From Octopus sinensis (lineage: Eukaryota), in assembly GCF_006345805.1 (NCBI RefSeq), contig NC_042997.1, positions 198,586,001-198,650,000 of the forward strand: 64,000 bases of DNA, written 5' to 3'. Position 1 is the first letter of the stretch; every line of letters starts with the position of its first letter. Under the pieces are notes generated by a model. That model was not told the origin of the DNA. It did not search any database and saw nothing but the letters and a program-made list of their open reading frames with translations. Both the position numbers and the translations under genes were made by a program. Of the stretch, positions 62,080-64,000 are shown one piece after another.

Positions 62080-62391
62080 GGAGGCGCAATGACTTAGTGG
62101 TTAGGGAGCGGACTCGCGGTCGGAGGATCGCGGTTTCGATTCCCAGACCGGGCGCTGTGTGTGTTTATTGAGCGAAAACACCTAAAGTTCCATGAGACTC
62201 AGGCAGTGAGTGATGGCGACCCCTGTTGCAAACTTTCGCCCCAACTATCTCTCTCTCTTTCTTCCTGTTTCTTGGGTAACGCTGCGATGGATTAGCGTCC
62301 CGTCTAGCTGGGGGGAACACATACGCTATAGAAACTGAGAAACCGGGCCCATGAGTCTGGCTAGGCTTGAAAAGGGCGCATAAAATAAAAT
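62080..62391 (+). mobile_element. Family B2 SINE
   Basis: Full length. TSD aatttgaccat. Confidence 0.88.
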
Positions 62392-63507
62392 AATTTGACC
62401 ATAACAAGTTTTCGTGGGATCCAGCTTTTATCAGTTTCAGCTCACCGACGACGCAAATATGCACCATAATTTCATGAATATCACAACTTCAAAGACAGTT
62501 TAATTAAAATCTAGATTGCTTTCTTTTTGACTGGAACTGTGTATTACGTTCGAAAGCATCGAACGATGAGCGCAAACGAAAAACATGTTCCTCAATAAAC
62601 CCAGAACTACTCATGTATGTTATATAACCCACATTTCTCATATATATCTAAATATATATGGTTCAAAACTGTACGAAAAATACCCCAGATAAGTGAGGCA
62701 ACAGCAAACAAGGTGTATCAGTTTGACACTGAGGGAAAATGGAGGACTCTTCGACGTTTCAAACCTACGGTCACCTATACAACGGTATAAAAAGATATAT
62801 ATACATGTACGCCTAAATATGTGTGCGTTTGTGTGTGTGTGTGTGTGTGTGTGTTATAAAAAGTACATACAATTCATTGAAACACTGACTTCCACAAAAA
62901 ATATATCTATATATTTTGTTGCTTGTAATCAAGCGTAATTTCTGCTTGGATGTATCGTTATGCTTTATTAATCCAGAACTTCATAGTTAGTTGATATTAG
63001 TGAGTAGTTCAGTGGCTATGATCTTGGTGTGCATATTAGTAAATGATCTCACTCTGATTAAATGTAATACTCACATATACAGCGAGTACACAGAAAAACA
63101 ATGTTCGTTGTACGCTGAAGTATTCATATCTTCCTGCGTTTTGACATGCCTACACTTGTGTATAGAAACGAAATGGACACAGCTATGCTTACATAGGCTC
63201 GTGAACATGCACATCCTTTGTATTGTGTATTTGCAAAATCGTGTAGACATGTGAACATTCCACATACACACGTAACCATATAATACATATGGAAAGACAC
63301 GCGCACACAGAGAGACACACGCATATATGTATTTGTACATATATATCACTATATACAATTTAAACATATATATATATGCATATGCATGCGTACAAATCTA
63401 TATATATATATATATAGATGCACAGACATCTTGTACGTCTGAATAGATTCATCTAGTGATATAAATGGACGCACGTGAGACCAACGCATGGAAGATTTAA
63501 GTATCAT

Positions 63508-63760
63508 GAACAATTTCACTAGTATAGATTTCTTAGATGTCATTATATAAAAAAAAATACACACCAACTTTCACTTTCGTAAACAATTTACAAAACGTAA
63601 TGAGAAAGTCACTTAAATACGGAAACAAGCTTGTCACCCGCTGACAATATTTCGAAACATAGTCAATAAAATCAGCATAAAACTATCTGCTCTTTCATCT
63701 AGTACGGAAATAATCGATAATGCACGACAATAACATAAACTTAAAATCAAGCGGACTCTA
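63508..63760 (+). mobile_element. Penelope-like RT remnant
   Basis: TSIDFLDVII..CHPLTIFRNIVNKISIKLSALSSSTEIIDNA matches PLE motifs FLDV and HP...I..RLS.LSS..EIF.NA. Confidence 0.6.
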
Positions 63761-64000
63761 TTAACGTAAGCTTCAAAGATAACTTCATATACAGACAAAA
63801 TCACCGACAGCAACAGAACACAAACAGAAATCAGTGTAACCCCAAAGCAAGTTAAATGTAAAACCCTGAGGAAACCCAACATTATGCAAATTAGAGGTAT
63901 CTTGCAACGCAAAAACAGCAATATATGAAACTTAAGTTAGCCTCATTAGATTTATATCCAATACTAAATAAGGATGATATATATATTTCTTTATTGCCCC

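Overview
AT-rich, repeat-dense eukaryotic DNA, most likely an Octopus (coleoid cephalopod) intergenic or intronic region. This is inferred from the tRNA-derived SINE families, which resemble the described octopus OK/OR1/OR2 types, and from the abundant (TA)n tracts. No intact protein-coding gene can be supported, and nearly all ORFs in the supplied track are microsatellite or SINE artefacts. The window holds: at least five SINE types (labelled A, B, B2, C, E here); remnants of CR1, R4/Dong-like (restriction-like endonuclease, RLE), RTE/L2-like and Penelope retroelements; non-autonomous Helitrons and a Helentron/HINE-like element; mariner, Tc1, Tigger/pogo and hAT remnants; and MITEs. Most notable observations: (1) a chimeric tRNA-Trp + 5S rRNA + CR1-type 3' tail unit at 2378-2642, a candidate composite Pol III retroposon; (2) hammerhead-ribozyme-like motifs in Penelope-derived sequence, including a perfect 106-bp palindrome; (3) family C SINEs forming head-once, body-many concatemers (184 or about 215 bp period); (4) two SINE-mediated tandem duplications with recombinant middle SINEs; (5) a 209-bp inverted duplication that preserves the empty site of a MITE. 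All family assignments are by eye and unverified by database search.
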